The notes: generated by a model from the letters alone, not told the origin. A DNA stretch of 60,295 nucleotides from a virus (IMGVR_UViG_3300010048_000004:1-60295), one strand, 5' to 3'; positions 44,003 to 54,012 are shown, counted from the stretch's first letter. Made by a program: numbers and translations.

Positions 44003-45787
44003 TCACCGCTTTTTCTTACCCATCTTAGCCGCTTCTTCAGGATGCTGAGCCAATTGTGCTGCCCGCTGGGCGGCGCGTCTCTCGATACCAGCGATCAATT
44101 CTTCCGGGTTGGGCGCGTCTACGTGATCGATAAGCTGTTCGGGGTCCAGCGCGCCGACTTTGAGGAGATCGAACGCGAGCCCACGCGCTTCCATTGCGAA
44201 GGCGGGCGATGACGAATGACTGTCTATTGTGACCCGGATGTTCTCCGGCAAATCTGCGAAAGTAAACCGTACCGGCACTTGGCCTTGGACCGGTGGCAAG
44301 TTAATCACATTGGTATCTTTATCGGCTTCCATTCCGGCATCTTGGGGAGATACCCAGGCTGTCATCTTGTCTGGTAGATGTGCCCGGCACAAATCGAGCG
44401 CGAGACCGCCGCCAGTCTCCACATTGCGCTCTATGATCAGCGCCCGGTCTTTGAACCTGGGGCTAAACATCCTCACCAAAGTTTCCGCGTGACCTTGGCT
44501 TCGCACGCCAGATTCACCGCGACCTTTGGCAATCGGCGGCAATCCAGCCATCTCATCGAACATGCGCTCATATTCGTGGAGCGACAGCCATAAGCTTTCG
44601 GAAATTTCCGGGCTCATGTTTTCCACGTTTGCGTTCTGGTTCGAGTCGTTCCAGTGTCCGCCCGGCTTGCTGAGCTTGGCGAGCACGTTTTGATTCACGC
44701 CCGCTACGCCACGGAATTTTTTGGGTGGATTCTCTTGCAGTCTGAGCATGAAGTTGATGCCGTTGATGCGGCTGTTGAGCGCCTCCTGCAGCAGCGCGAT
44801 GTTAATGATTTCGGAGCGCCCCCAAAAATAGTTATCAAGTTTGTTGGGACAGAACTCAACAAACGGATGGTGACCTTTGAGGGCGTCAAACTTTCGTCCC
44901 GTTGCCGGATTGTAGGCTAGAGAATTGGTGACGAAATCTTCGTTGGTGATCAGCATGTCATCACCGATCATCTGGAAAGTGGCCCAGTCGTTCTGGTCGT
45001 CATTCCACACCCATAACTCATCAAGCCGCATGATGTTCTGCACCAAATTTGGCGAGAGTTCTGGCTGTGGCGATGCCATCCATTCGACCAGTCCGCGACT
45101 TGCATTGCCGGATGGATTAGCGCCAGCGGGCTGGAACGGGTAAAGCCCGCCAATGATAACCTGCTTCATCGCCTGGGCTTCGCCGGGCTCGTCGCCCTTT
45201 GGCGGGCGCATATATTTCTTGGCTTTCTTTAGCAGTATTGCTCGTTCTCGTTCACCACGATCCCAAATCAGGCGATTGAATTGATAAGGTGTGATGTACG
45301 TGACATGTACAAACGCCTCCATGTCGCTATCGATAACGTTGCGGTTTTCTTGCAATACGCCCATCAATTCTGGCTGGACGATTAGCGGTACGAGGCCATT
45401 CGCACCCCATTTGAGTTTGATCATGGCCTTGCCTTTGACCAGTGACCATTGCACGGCGTCGCTGATCATTTGATCGAAATTGGAGCGGCGCACTTCGGCG
45501 TGAAGATGCGAAGAGGCAACGCGGAATTTTGTGGTGTCGAGCGTGTTTGGCGTGTCGTATTCGCCAATATGAAAGCGCAACGAGACTGGCGAATAGAGCA
45601 GCGATTCAAGGTCATCGATGTAGGCAAATGTTTTGTTGTAAAGCGCGGCGGTGTCTGGATTTTCTGAGCCCATGAGGAAAATATTTTTGTAGGCGATATA
45701 GCGCTGCACACGCGCTTGCTGCGACACCAAGCACTCCTTGATGAGTTCGCTGCAGAACCGCTCAAGCTTGCTGGTAGGTATCTTCAT
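44003..45787 (-). CDS. Portal protein (inverted orientation)
   Basis: 594 aa between terminase and capsid genes; HPFV...YFWGRSEI..LQ..LN..IN and G..G.GE.GVRS portal-like motifs. Confidence 0.8.
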   Translation of the reverse strand: MKIPTSKLERFCSELIKECLVSQQARVQRYIAYKNIFLMGSENPDTAALYNKTFAYIDDLESLLYSPVSLRFHIGEYDTPNTLDTTKFRVASSHLHAEVRRSNFDQMISDAVQWSLVKGKAMIKLKWGANGLVPLIVQPELMGVLQENRNVIDSDMEAFVHVTYITPYQFNRLIWDRGERERAILLKKAKKYMRPPKGDEPGEAQAMKQVIIGGLYPFQPAGANPSGNASRGLVEWMASPQPELSPNLVQNIMRLDELWVWNDDQNDWATFQMIGDDMLITNEDFVTNSLAYNPATGRKFDALKGHHPFVEFCPNKLDNYFWGRSEIINIALLQEALNSRINGINFMLRLQENPPKKFRGVAGVNQNVLAKLSKPGGHWNDSNQNANVENMSPEISESLWLSLHEYERMFDEMAGLPPIAKGRGESGVRSQGHAETLVRMFSPRFKDRALIIERNVETGGGLALDLCRAHLPDKMTAWVSPQDAGMEADKDTNVINLPPVQGQVPVRFTFADLPENIRVTIDSHSSSPAFAMEARGLAFDLLKVGALDPEQLIDHVDAPNPEELIAGIERRAAQRAAQLAQHPEEAAKMGKKKR

Positions 45788-45948
45788 TTAATTCAATTAA
45801 ATCCAATTCAATCATAGGTAGTGAATGCACAACCACATTATTGACCCTTTCGATAAACACAAGTACGAATATTGCACACGGCGCATCAGGGATACGGATT
45901 GACTCTCCCAATGGTGCAATCGAAGCCGTTTTTAGAAGGAGACTCCAC
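45788..45948. promoter_or_regulatory. Divergent promoter region for the portal and head operon
   Basis: AT-rich; TTGACC-N17-TACGAA at 45841-45869 overlapped by GTAC-N7-GCAC (45863-45877). Confidence 0.5.
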
Positions 45949-45981
45949 ATGCGTGGTCGTCGTCGTGGTCGTCGGAAATAA
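45949..45981 (+). CDS. 10-aa Arg-rich peptide MRGRRRGRRK
   Basis: Strong AAGGAG RBS at proper spacing; mostly CGT/GGT codons. Confidence 0.6.
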   Translation: MRGRRRGRRK

Positions 45982-46054
45982 GTGATTGCCGCTGAGCGAT
46001 GTGATCTGGTCGCTAACCATTCATTCGCTCAGCGGCATTGCTTTAGCAGGATAA

Positions 46055-46525
46055 ATGTCCGCTCCAGGCTTACCGATTAGTGCAGGCGCAGGTCCACCTC
46101 CAGGTGGTGGAGGTCCACCCGCCAGTCCGCCAGGAGCTGGGCCAGGGTTGCCGCCAGCAGGTGGTGTTGGCGCGGCGATGCAGCCAAGAGCGATGTTGGG
46201 TGCCGGTGTCCAGGCGCTCAGTCTCGTTCATCAAGCTTTGAAAGCACTGCAACTTGCGATGGTTGGGCTTCCTATGGGGACCGATCTGCACACTGCTGTG
46301 CTCAATGCTGTGCGCGATCTCACCCGCAAGATGACAGATATGGGCGGTAGCACCGAAGGTGGCGATCAGGCCGGGATGATGCAGGCGTTGGTCGGTCAGA
46401 TGCGCAATGCCCAGGCCAATCCGCAAGGTCAAATGATGAATGCCCTGATGGCCCAGCGTCAGGGTCAACCAGCCGTGCCGACACCGCCTCCAGGCGGCGG
46501 CGGGCCTTCACCCCCAGGAGCATAA
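46055..46525 (+). CDS. Pro/Gly/Met-rich head-module protein
   Basis: AGGA RBS; position ahead of scaffold and capsid genes. Confidence 0.75.
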   Translation: MSAPGLPISAGAGPPPGGGGPPASPPGAGPGLPPAGGVGAAMQPRAMLGAGVQALSLVHQALKALQLAMVGLPMGTDLHTAVLNAVRDLTRKMTDMGGSTEGGDQAGMMQALVGQMRNAQANPQGQMMNALMAQRQGQPAVPTPPPGGGGPSPPGA

Positions 46526-46527
46526 CA

Positions 46528-46719
46528 ATGGCAGAAGGCAGATTTCCCAAAGCGTATGTGAACGATGTGCGGCTCGATCCAATGATGGAGTATGTGACGT
46601 TTCCCAATACCGGCATTGGCTCTCGCACGTCCGGCATGCCGAAGGGCAATCAAATGAGCCATACGGATTCGCACCTTAGCCTTGAGCATGTCGGCGGCAC
46701 CGCAACCGGGAGCAGATAA
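46528..46719 (+). CDS. Small head-module protein
   Basis: AGGAG RBS; tight packing. Confidence 0.7.
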   Translation: MAEGRFPKAYVNDVRLDPMMEYVTFPNTGIGSRTSGMPKGNQMSHTDSHLSLEHVGGTATGSR

Positions 46720-47319
46720 ATGTCAGACACTGGCAAGCCAGTCACGCAGCCGCTGCCAAAGCGGCTTACGCAGCATGAAGAGCGCGCGCTCGCATTGCTT
46801 GCTGATCTTTGGAGTGATCCAAGCGATCTTGGTAGAGGCGTGCGCGCCGCCGCGAAGAAGAAATTCGATGATATTCCGGAGCCGGTTGGCGATGTCAGGG
46901 CCGAAATGGCCGACATGAAAAAGACCATTGACGATCTCAACAAAAGGATCGCGGATCGCGACAAGGCCAATGACGATCTGAGGTTGGAGGCTGATCTTGC
47001 CGGTCGGATTCATGCAGCGGTGCAGGAATTTGGTCTAACCGATTCTGGCCGCGCCAAGATGCTGGACCGGATGAAAGAGACCGGCAATGTGCATGACGCG
47101 GCTGCGGCTGCAGCCTGGGTGGTGTCGCAGTTGCCGAAGCCGCAGACCAGCGATCTGCCAAGCTGGATGCCGCAGAAGGCCAACACCTACGGCTTCGCGG
47201 AAAAAGAAGATAAGTGGGAAAGCCTCCACAGAGACCCGGTGAAGTACCTCGATAATGAACTGCGGGATTTCGTGCGTGATCCTGATGGTTACACCAGGGA
47301 CACGTTTGGCACCGCATAA
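46720..47319 (+). CDS. Putative scaffolding protein
   Basis: Charged coiled-coil protein immediately upstream of the capsid gene. Confidence 0.6.
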   Translation: MSDTGKPVTQPLPKRLTQHEERALALLADLWSDPSDLGRGVRAAAKKKFDDIPEPVGDVRAEMADMKKTIDDLNKRIADRDKANDDLRLEADLAGRIHAAVQEFGLTDSGRAKMLDRMKETGNVHDAAAAAAWVVSQLPKPQTSDLPSWMPQKANTYGFAEKEDKWESLHRDPVKYLDNELRDFVRDPDGYTRDTFGTA

Positions 47320-47335
47320 CCGGGAGTAAATTGTC

Positions 47336-48406
47336 ATGGCATTTCCTACCAGTCCTGTTGGTCCTATCACCAACAGCGGCATAGTCCCTGGTGGAGCACT
47401 AGGTGCACAACTTGCGGCGATCACACGCCGCGCCTTCGTTCCGTCGGTGTTCGTCCAGATATATCAGGCGCACCCGCTCCTATCGCTCTTGATGGCGAAT
47501 GCGCAGACCGCACGCGGTGGCGTTTCTCAAGTCACCTTTCCAATCCAAGGCGCGTCGTTTGTGGCATTCAACTGGGGCTCGTTCGCGGGCGACTTCCCGC
47601 TTCCGACCGATGCGGCGGCAATTCAAGACGCCCAATTCAATCTCAAGCTGGGCATGGTGCCGGTCGGTTTCTTCGGCATGGAAGCAATTTTGCAGTCAAG
47701 CGAAGTTGTTATTCCTAAGCTGCGCGCAGTGATGAGCGATGCCGCCGTGGTGATCAAGCAGTCTTACGCTCAGGCGATGTACGCCAACAATTATGCCAAT
47801 ACCCAGGCATGGGACAGCTTGTATCAAGCCTATGATGACGGCACCAATGTTCCGGCCTATGGCGGCATTACCAAAACCGGTACGCCTTATTGGACAGGCC
47901 AGTATATTCCGTCTGCCGGTGCCGCGCCCACCACGCGTGTTGGCATGGCTCAGCTTCTCACCCGCGTGATGAATGGTGCCGGTGGCGAAGCGCCTGACTA
48001 TGCCGTGATGAATCCGGCCAATTGGGCAGTGTTGATGTCCGACTTCATGTCGCTCGAAATGTTTACCACCCGTCCACGTTCGATTTACGACAAGGATGAT
48101 GTGGTGAATGCTGGCTTCCGTGCCATTCGCGTTCTTGATACGCCGATTTTCCTCGATCCGTTCTGCCCACTTGGCGAGATGTACATCATCAACTCGCGTT
48201 ATCTCGCGCTTTATCTCAGTGCAGCGGCACCGCTCACTTGGTCTGGTTTTGAATCGCAAATTCCGGTCGGCCAAATCAGCGACATTGGTGTTCTGATCAG
48301 TGCATCCGACATTTGCTGCGCCAAGCCTTCAAGTGGCGCGCATGTCACCGGCATAACTGGCGCAGCGTGGCCGAATGTTCCTGGCACGCAACCCGCCGTG
48401 ATCTAA
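47336..48406 (+). CDS. Major capsid protein
   Basis: 356 aa; YGGI, AGF..I.V..TPIF.DP.CP..MY.IN..YL HK97-like C-terminal pattern. Confidence 0.85.
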   Translation: MAFPTSPVGPITNSGIVPGGALGAQLAAITRRAFVPSVFVQIYQAHPLLSLLMANAQTARGGVSQVTFPIQGASFVAFNWGSFAGDFPLPTDAAAIQDAQFNLKLGMVPVGFFGMEAILQSSEVVIPKLRAVMSDAAVVIKQSYAQAMYANNYANTQAWDSLYQAYDDGTNVPAYGGITKTGTPYWTGQYIPSAGAAPTTRVGMAQLLTRVMNGAGGEAPDYAVMNPANWAVLMSDFMSLEMFTTRPRSIYDKDDVVNAGFRAIRVLDTPIFLDPFCPLGEMYIINSRYLALYLSAAAPLTWSGFESQIPVGQISDIGVLISASDICCAKPSSGAHVTGITGAAWPNVPGTQPAVI

Positions 48407-48418
48407 TAGGAGAAAACA

Positions 48419-49495
48419 ATGTCACTGTTTTATGGTGGGCAAGGCGTAGCGGCAAGCCAAGCAGGGCTGGTATCGAACGCTGTCACGCTTGGTCCGGGGC
48501 AAGTGTTTATTCTGCCATCGAACTGGTATCAGAGCCGCAGCGGCAAGTACACGGCGCTGCAGTATTGGGATCAGGTACTTGGCTGCTGGCGTTCCTGTGG
48601 CGGCGGCAATACCAATGCATCGATGGAACGTGGCAAGAGTGACGGCAACACTTACCGTCTTGCCAATCAGACAGGTTGCGCGGTTGGTGCGCTCTTAACT
48701 GCAGCCGGTTCGGGTTACACTTCTGCGCCGGTCGTCACGCCGTCTGCCGGTGGTTCGCTATGGCGCGCGATTGTTGGCGGCGCGGTGGCGACTGCGATTA
48801 CCATCACCAATGCTGGCAACAATTATACCTATCCGCCGCTGGTGTTTTTTGCTTCACCGCCTGCAGGCGGTATTCAGGCAACCGGCTACGCTACCATCAC
48901 TGCTGGCGCAATAACCGCTGTGACTGTGACCGATCAAGGCGCTGGTTATGCTTCGCCTCCAGCGGTCACTTTTATCAATGATCCGCGTGAAGGTTTGAAC
49001 AATGTGCCGCTTGGTTATGGTGCTGCTGCTGTTTGCACCTTGACCGGCGCTGGCACGGTCACCGGTGTTATTTGCATCGATCATGGCAATCCCATTACCG
49101 GCAATGTGCCGCCAACCTTGGCATTTGCAGGCGGTGGTGGCACGGGTGCTGCGGCGACTGTGATCATGTGTTGGACTATGACCGCTTATACCGTGACCAC
49201 TGGCGGTGCCGGTTACACGACCAATGCTTCTGTTTCCGCGATGGGTGGATTTCCAACCGGTGCGGCGGCTTACACCAATCCAACCACGCAGCAAAATTGG
49301 CTTAAGACGCGCAGCGGGTTGATTATTGCAGCACAGACTGCTGGTGCGATTGTCGCTGCCGGTCAGTCGATAGTTGACGGCGGAATTTATCCTGGCGTTC
49401 CGCAAGTGTTTACCAATGGCACCTCAACCACTGGTGCTGCGCTTGGTGCCACGATGGGCGGATTGCCGGATACCAGTCTTGTGTTTGTCGGCTGA
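48419..49495 (+). CDS. Virion decoration/spike protein with GxGYTxxP repeats
   Basis: Follows the capsid gene within its terminator unit; AGSGYTSAP, AGNNYTYPP, QGAGYASPP. Confidence 0.65.
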   Translation: MSLFYGGQGVAASQAGLVSNAVTLGPGQVFILPSNWYQSRSGKYTALQYWDQVLGCWRSCGGGNTNASMERGKSDGNTYRLANQTGCAVGALLTAAGSGYTSAPVVTPSAGGSLWRAIVGGAVATAITITNAGNNYTYPPLVFFASPPAGGIQATGYATITAGAITAVTVTDQGAGYASPPAVTFINDPREGLNNVPLGYGAAAVCTLTGAGTVTGVICIDHGNPITGNVPPTLAFAGGGGTGAAATVIMCWTMTAYTVTTGGAGYTTNASVSAMGGFPTGAAAYTNPTTQQNWLKTRSGLIIAAQTAGAIVAAGQSIVDGGIYPGVPQVFTNGTSTTGAALGATMGGLPDTSLVFVG

Positions 49496-49523
49496 GCAAA
49501 TTTTCTACTGGGTCTGCAACTTC

Positions 49524-49559
49524 ACCGGCTGTGTTCATGGGCGCAGCCGGTTTTGTTTT
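49524..49559 (+). terminator. Terminator after capsid and decoration genes
   Basis: ACCGGCTGTGTTC / GGCGCAGCCGGT plus T-tract. Confidence 0.75.
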
Positions 49560-49568
49560 GGAGGGTGA

Positions 49569-50381
49569 ATGCCGCAAACCACCCTCGGTTGGTATCTCAA
49601 CGATGCCTCAACCCTGATCCACGATCAGGCGTATGCCTTCACGTCACAAGATCAGCTTACGCGCTGGGTAAATGAAGCACGTCGTCAATGTGCGCAGCGC
49701 ACTGGTTGCGTGCGCCGCACGGTGACCGGGCAATCTGCTTTTGGGGCCACTTCGCAGCCTGGGCAGATTATTCCTGGTGGCCTGCAGCCTGGGGCGCTTC
49801 CTGGCAATGTTCCGGGCGCGGTTTACAACGCTTCGACCAATGCATTCGGCGCGATGCGCAATATCGAGCGCTATCCCTTTCAAGGCTTCATCAATCCATT
49901 TCTCACTCAGCAGCATGATGGGATCGAGGGATGTCTGGACATCTGCACATGCGCGATCACGTGGGGCGGTGGGCCGGGTGGATCACCGCGACCGGCCTTG
50001 GCATGGCTTGCGTGGGAGGACTTGCAGGCATACGCACGGGCCTACGCCACGTTGGTGACCTCTTATCCGTATTATTGGAGCACCTATAACGAAGGTTCGA
50101 CTGGAGAGTTTTGGTTGTTTCCAGTGCCGTCACAGTCGATGGAAATGGAATTGGATTGTTTTTGCATTCCAAAAGACCTTTACAGCGATAACGACTATGA
50201 CGCGATTCCGCTCGGCTTCTCCAACTCGATCAAATATCTCGCCGCTTCGCTGACCTATATGAGTTCGCGTCGCTATCAGGATGCGCAGATCATGGAAAAT
50301 ATTTTCGCAGATCGTCTCGGCATTGCGCGGACAGCGGTCGATATGGGTAAGACCCCGAATTTCTATCACCATGGTGTCTAA
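49569..50381 (+). CDS. Head-tail adaptor (tail tubular protein A-like)
   Basis: LTRWVNEARRQ...WLFPVP...YLAASL pattern and position. Confidence 0.7.
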   Translation: MPQTTLGWYLNDASTLIHDQAYAFTSQDQLTRWVNEARRQCAQRTGCVRRTVTGQSAFGATSQPGQIIPGGLQPGALPGNVPGAVYNASTNAFGAMRNIERYPFQGFINPFLTQQHDGIEGCLDICTCAITWGGGPGGSPRPALAWLAWEDLQAYARAYATLVTSYPYYWSTYNEGSTGEFWLFPVPSQSMEMELDCFCIPKDLYSDNDYDAIPLGFSNSIKYLAASLTYMSSRRYQDAQIMENIFADRLGIARTAVDMGKTPNFYHHGV

Positions 50382-50600
50382 ATGCCGATTGATGAAACAG
50401 CTTCAGTTGTCGCGCTGGCGCAAACTCTTTTGCAGGGGATTGATCCAAGCGCACCCGCCACGCTGGTTTCCACGCCTTCGCTGCAGCTTGTACTCGTGAC
50501 TTTTATCACCGAATTTCGTCAAGGCAATCGCACCGCACAGCAGGTTCAGGCTGCGCAAATGGGATTTATAAATAGCCGCCGTCTCGGTTATGAAAGGTAG
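50382..50600 (+). CDS. Hypothetical protein
   Basis: Tight packing in the tail operon. Confidence 0.55.
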   Translation: MPIDETASVVALAQTLLQGIDPSAPATLVSTPSLQLVLVTFITEFRQGNRTAQQVQAAQMGFINSRRLGYER

Positions 50601-50602
50601 TC

Positions 50603-52972
50603 ATGTCTGCGCCGGGTGAGCGTGGCAGGCCACGCACTGGTCAATTTACCCAGCGCCAAGAAAATACCCTTGGCATCATTCCCGGCACCAAACTGTGGTC
50701 ACCATTCCCGTTTGCCGGGCTCAATATGCAGGACACGCCACCTGCAATTGATGACAAGGAATTTTCCTATATGGAAAATTTCTTTCATATCGGCAATGGT
50801 TATCTCAGGACCGCATGGAATGTCGGAACAGCGCTTTATACAGCACCAGTCGGCAAACAAATTCTCCCCTATTTCTTTTGGTATAATCTTGGTCAGATCG
50901 ACTATGTTATCGTATTTTTCACTGATGGCACGGCTGTTCAAGTTCAGCAATCGAATCGCGCCGTTACAACCGTTAGCAGTGTCGCCAACACGTTCTACAG
51001 ATCAGGTGGCAGTCTCCCCATCTGTTCCCAGTCTGGCACCCAATATCTCCTCATCGCCAATCACAACACCCCCAACGACTATTGGATTTGGGATGGAAAA
51101 AATCTCTTTGGTGCAGGGACCGTTAGTCCTTTCGTCAACATCAATGGCTCAGGCTATAACTACACGTCAGCCCCGACCATCACGGCCTTCGGAGGTGCTG
51201 GTAGCGGAGCGCAATTTTCCGCGACTATCCAGCAAGGATCAATTTCAAATATTCAAGTCACCACGCCGGGGTCGGGGTATGCAGTCGGTGATCAAGTCCA
51301 ATTATCCTTCAGCGGTGGCGGAAGCGACACATCCGCTCAACTTACATCCGCCATCTCTGGCGGGAGCGTTACCGGCGTCACTGTCGTCAATGGCGGAAGC
51401 GGTTTCACCTCCACTCCGGTAATCTTATTTGTTGGCGGACAGGGTGCTGGCGCTACTGGCATCGTCAATTTGACCGGTACGACAATTGCCGCAATTAATG
51501 TGACGGCACCGGGTTCTGGTTATTTTCATCCGCCAACTATTACGATCTCGGCACCGGCTTCTGGCACAACGGCTACCGCCACAGCCAATGTTGCTAATGG
51601 GCAGGTGACATCGATCACGCTCACCAATCCAGGGAGCGGCTACACCGGCACACCGGCAATCACAATTGTGCCTAATACTTCCGACACGCTGGCAACTGGC
51701 CTTGGCGCGACGGCGGTTCTCACGCCAACGTCGATTGCATCTGTCACGATGGCGTCGAGCGGTTCAAATTACGCATCGGCACCAAGTGTACAGGTGGCGG
51801 CAGGGGCCAATCATTCGGCTTATGCTACCGTTGCGATGATGCCATTTGGCATTTCTGGCAACGCGATGGAGACGTTCAATTCCCGCGTTTGGCTGTTTTA
51901 TCCTTACGATCCAGGTGCGATTCCGACCGGTGGCGATTTTGTGGTGAGTGCACCCGGCTCGCTCACTGATTTTGCAACCAGTGACGGTGGCGTGGCATTC
52001 GTCAACTCGGATCGTTTTTTGCGCAAGCAATATGTCGCCGCACGTCAGTCGAACGGTTATCTCTATACCTTTGGTGATAGCTCCACCAACGTCATCTCGA
52101 ATATTCAAACCACTGGCGTGCCACCAACCACTACTTTCACAAATCAAAACGTTGATCCCCAAGTTGGCGTGGCGTGGCGCGATTCGGTTCAAGATTTCGG
52201 TCGCACAATCATCTTTGCCAATGCGTTGGGGATTTTTGGTCTTTACGGCGGCTCTGCCACCAAAATCTCGGCCAAGCTCGATGTGTTGTTCAACAATGCG
52301 GTTTTGCCGCCCAATTCAACCATCACGCCAAGCTCGGCAGTTGGAACGGTCTATAATGTAAAACACTATTTTTTCTTGATGACGATTTACGATACGGAAC
52401 TACAGACTTATCGCAATGTGATGGCGACATGGAATGAGAGGGATTGGACGCTCACAAGTCAGAGCATCAACCTGACTTATATTTGTACGCAGGAAGTCCA
52501 GAGCTTGCCTTATGCCTGGGGGACCGATGGCGGCGCAATTTATCAGTTGTTTGCGCAGCAATCTTCGACACTGATCAAACGTCTTTCGACAAAATATTAT
52601 GGCACTGACACGTTGCTAATCCTGAAGGATTTCCTTGGGATGTATCTTCAGGCGCAGGATTTGAGCAGCAATCAAGCCGGTATCGACATTTCAGCCACCT
52701 TGGTGACAAGCGGCATTGCGGTTCAAGGTTTTGGCAATGTTGAGATTGATCAGGAGACCGTGGCGAACAACCTGTTCACTGAGGCAACCTATCCCAACAT
52801 GCTTTTTTCTCAACCGGAGTTTTTTGCACCGCCACCGTTCTTCCCGGTGTGGGGCACTGGCACAGGTGGACTCTCGTTCTCAACCTTGTGCGCGCGATTA
52901 CAATCTCAATCGCCCGATTTTGCGATTAGCAATGCGATGATCGCGTATATGGACAACACCGCTTATCAATGA
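50603..52972 (+). CDS. Tail nozzle (tail tubular protein B-like) with inserted GSGY repeats
   Basis: 789 aa beta-rich; FAGLN..PAIDD..ENF N-terminus; podoviral gene order. Confidence 0.7.
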   Translation: MSAPGERGRPRTGQFTQRQENTLGIIPGTKLWSPFPFAGLNMQDTPPAIDDKEFSYMENFFHIGNGYLRTAWNVGTALYTAPVGKQILPYFFWYNLGQIDYVIVFFTDGTAVQVQQSNRAVTTVSSVANTFYRSGGSLPICSQSGTQYLLIANHNTPNDYWIWDGKNLFGAGTVSPFVNINGSGYNYTSAPTITAFGGAGSGAQFSATIQQGSISNIQVTTPGSGYAVGDQVQLSFSGGGSDTSAQLTSAISGGSVTGVTVVNGGSGFTSTPVILFVGGQGAGATGIVNLTGTTIAAINVTAPGSGYFHPPTITISAPASGTTATATANVANGQVTSITLTNPGSGYTGTPAITIVPNTSDTLATGLGATAVLTPTSIASVTMASSGSNYASAPSVQVAAGANHSAYATVAMMPFGISGNAMETFNSRVWLFYPYDPGAIPTGGDFVVSAPGSLTDFATSDGGVAFVNSDRFLRKQYVAARQSNGYLYTFGDSSTNVISNIQTTGVPPTTTFTNQNVDPQVGVAWRDSVQDFGRTIIFANALGIFGLYGGSATKISAKLDVLFNNAVLPPNSTITPSSAVGTVYNVKHYFFLMTIYDTELQTYRNVMATWNERDWTLTSQSINLTYICTQEVQSLPYAWGTDGGAIYQLFAQQSSTLIKRLSTKYYGTDTLLILKDFLGMYLQAQDLSSNQAGIDISATLVTSGIAVQGFGNVEIDQETVANNLFTEATYPNMLFSQPEFFAPPPFFPVWGTGTGGLSFSTLCARLQSQSPDFAISNAMIAYMDNTAYQ

Positions 52973-52976
52973 GGAG

Positions 52977-53213
52977 ATGATCATGCCACGTGAAGTTCCT
53001 ATAATGCCGAGATCAAAACCAAAATCGTGTGACTTTGAAGGGATGATTCAAGAAGGCCAGCATCCCAAAGGTTTTACTGCACAAACTCCCAACGGCACCG
53101 CCAAGTCGGATAGGTCTGGCAATTGCCCAGGATGGAATCGTGATTACCACTTCGAGTTTCCTGAAGTGGCAGCGACTGATGTCTGGAATAATGCCAACCG
53201 GTCTGGTGAGTAA
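52977..53213 (+). CDS. Hypothetical protein
   Basis: GAGGAG RBS. Confidence 0.6.
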   Translation: MIMPREVPIMPRSKPKSCDFEGMIQEGQHPKGFTAQTPNGTAKSDRSGNCPGWNRDYHFEFPEVAATDVWNNANRSGE

Positions 53214-53551
53214 TGTTGGCGGAATTGCTCAATGTGCCGCACACAGTGCATGAGTGGAATCGGTTTTCTTTTCATCACCGTCAAAGTCACGTGCTGATCC
53301 GGCAAGCCATTTTTGCGCAAAGCGGATTGAATCTGGTTGATTATCTGCTTGATCCAATTCCGCTCAACAATCCAAAGGGATTCCTTGAAAATAACCAGCA
53401 GGCTCATGTCGATATGGATCAGGCGCTCGGTTCGCAGAGTGTTAATCTGCTCGACGTGGATTTGAATGATGAAAACGAGAAAACCGCCTGGATTTATCTT
53501 CACTATCTGGAGCACCAGACCGCAGAACAGATTTTAGGCATTGGATCGTGA
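53213..53551 (+). CDS. His-rich tail-module protein
   Basis: TAATG coupling; F.H...H..I and W...H..EH. Confidence 0.65.
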   Translation: MLAELLNVPHTVHEWNRFSFHHRQSHVLIRQAIFAQSGLNLVDYLLDPIPLNNPKGFLENNQQAHVDMDQALGSQSVNLLDVDLNDENEKTAWIYLHYLEHQTAEQILGIGS

Positions 53552-54012
53552 GCGATCTTTATTTTCAGCGCGAGAACTACGGTCAGATCGTCCACGATAT
53601 TAAAGCCTTGATCCCATCGCATCATCAAGAGTTGGCGCTTTATCAGGATAGCATTCCGCTCGATCCTGACTATTTGTTCTTTAAGCGAGCCGATGATGCC
53701 GGATTGTGTGTGATCATTTCAGCCAGGACGCGAAACGAGGACATACTTCGCGGCTATGCGATTTATTTCATCAAGAACCATCATCATTATTCCATGCATA
53801 AGTGGGGCACGTCCGATCTGTTTTGGCTTCATCCCGATGAGCGCAATGTGGGAAATGGCCGGGCTCTGTTTGAGGAAGTAGAAAGAGCGCTCAGACAAAT
53901 GGGTGTCACTGTGATGCACACCACACTCAAGACTTCGCACCCGGCAGCGAAATATCTTTTGGAGTCGATGGGCCACACGCTGGTGGAGTTCGGTCTTTCC
54001 AAGCGTCTCTAG
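53548..54012 (+). CDS. GNAT-family acetyltransferase-like protein
   Basis: DLFWLHPDERNVGNGRALFEEVE motif A; LESMG. Confidence 0.8.
   Translation: MSDLYFQRENYGQIVHDIKALIPSHHQELALYQDSIPLDPDYLFFKRADDAGLCVIISARTRNEDILRGYAIYFIKNHHHYSMHKWGTSDLFWLHPDERNVGNGRALFEEVERALRQMGVTVMHTTLKTSHPAAKYLLESMGHTLVEFGLSKRL

Noticed and set aside
43990-45810. Actively invertible portal segment
   Set aside because: No convincing inverted repeats at the boundaries beyond a short AT-rich similarity
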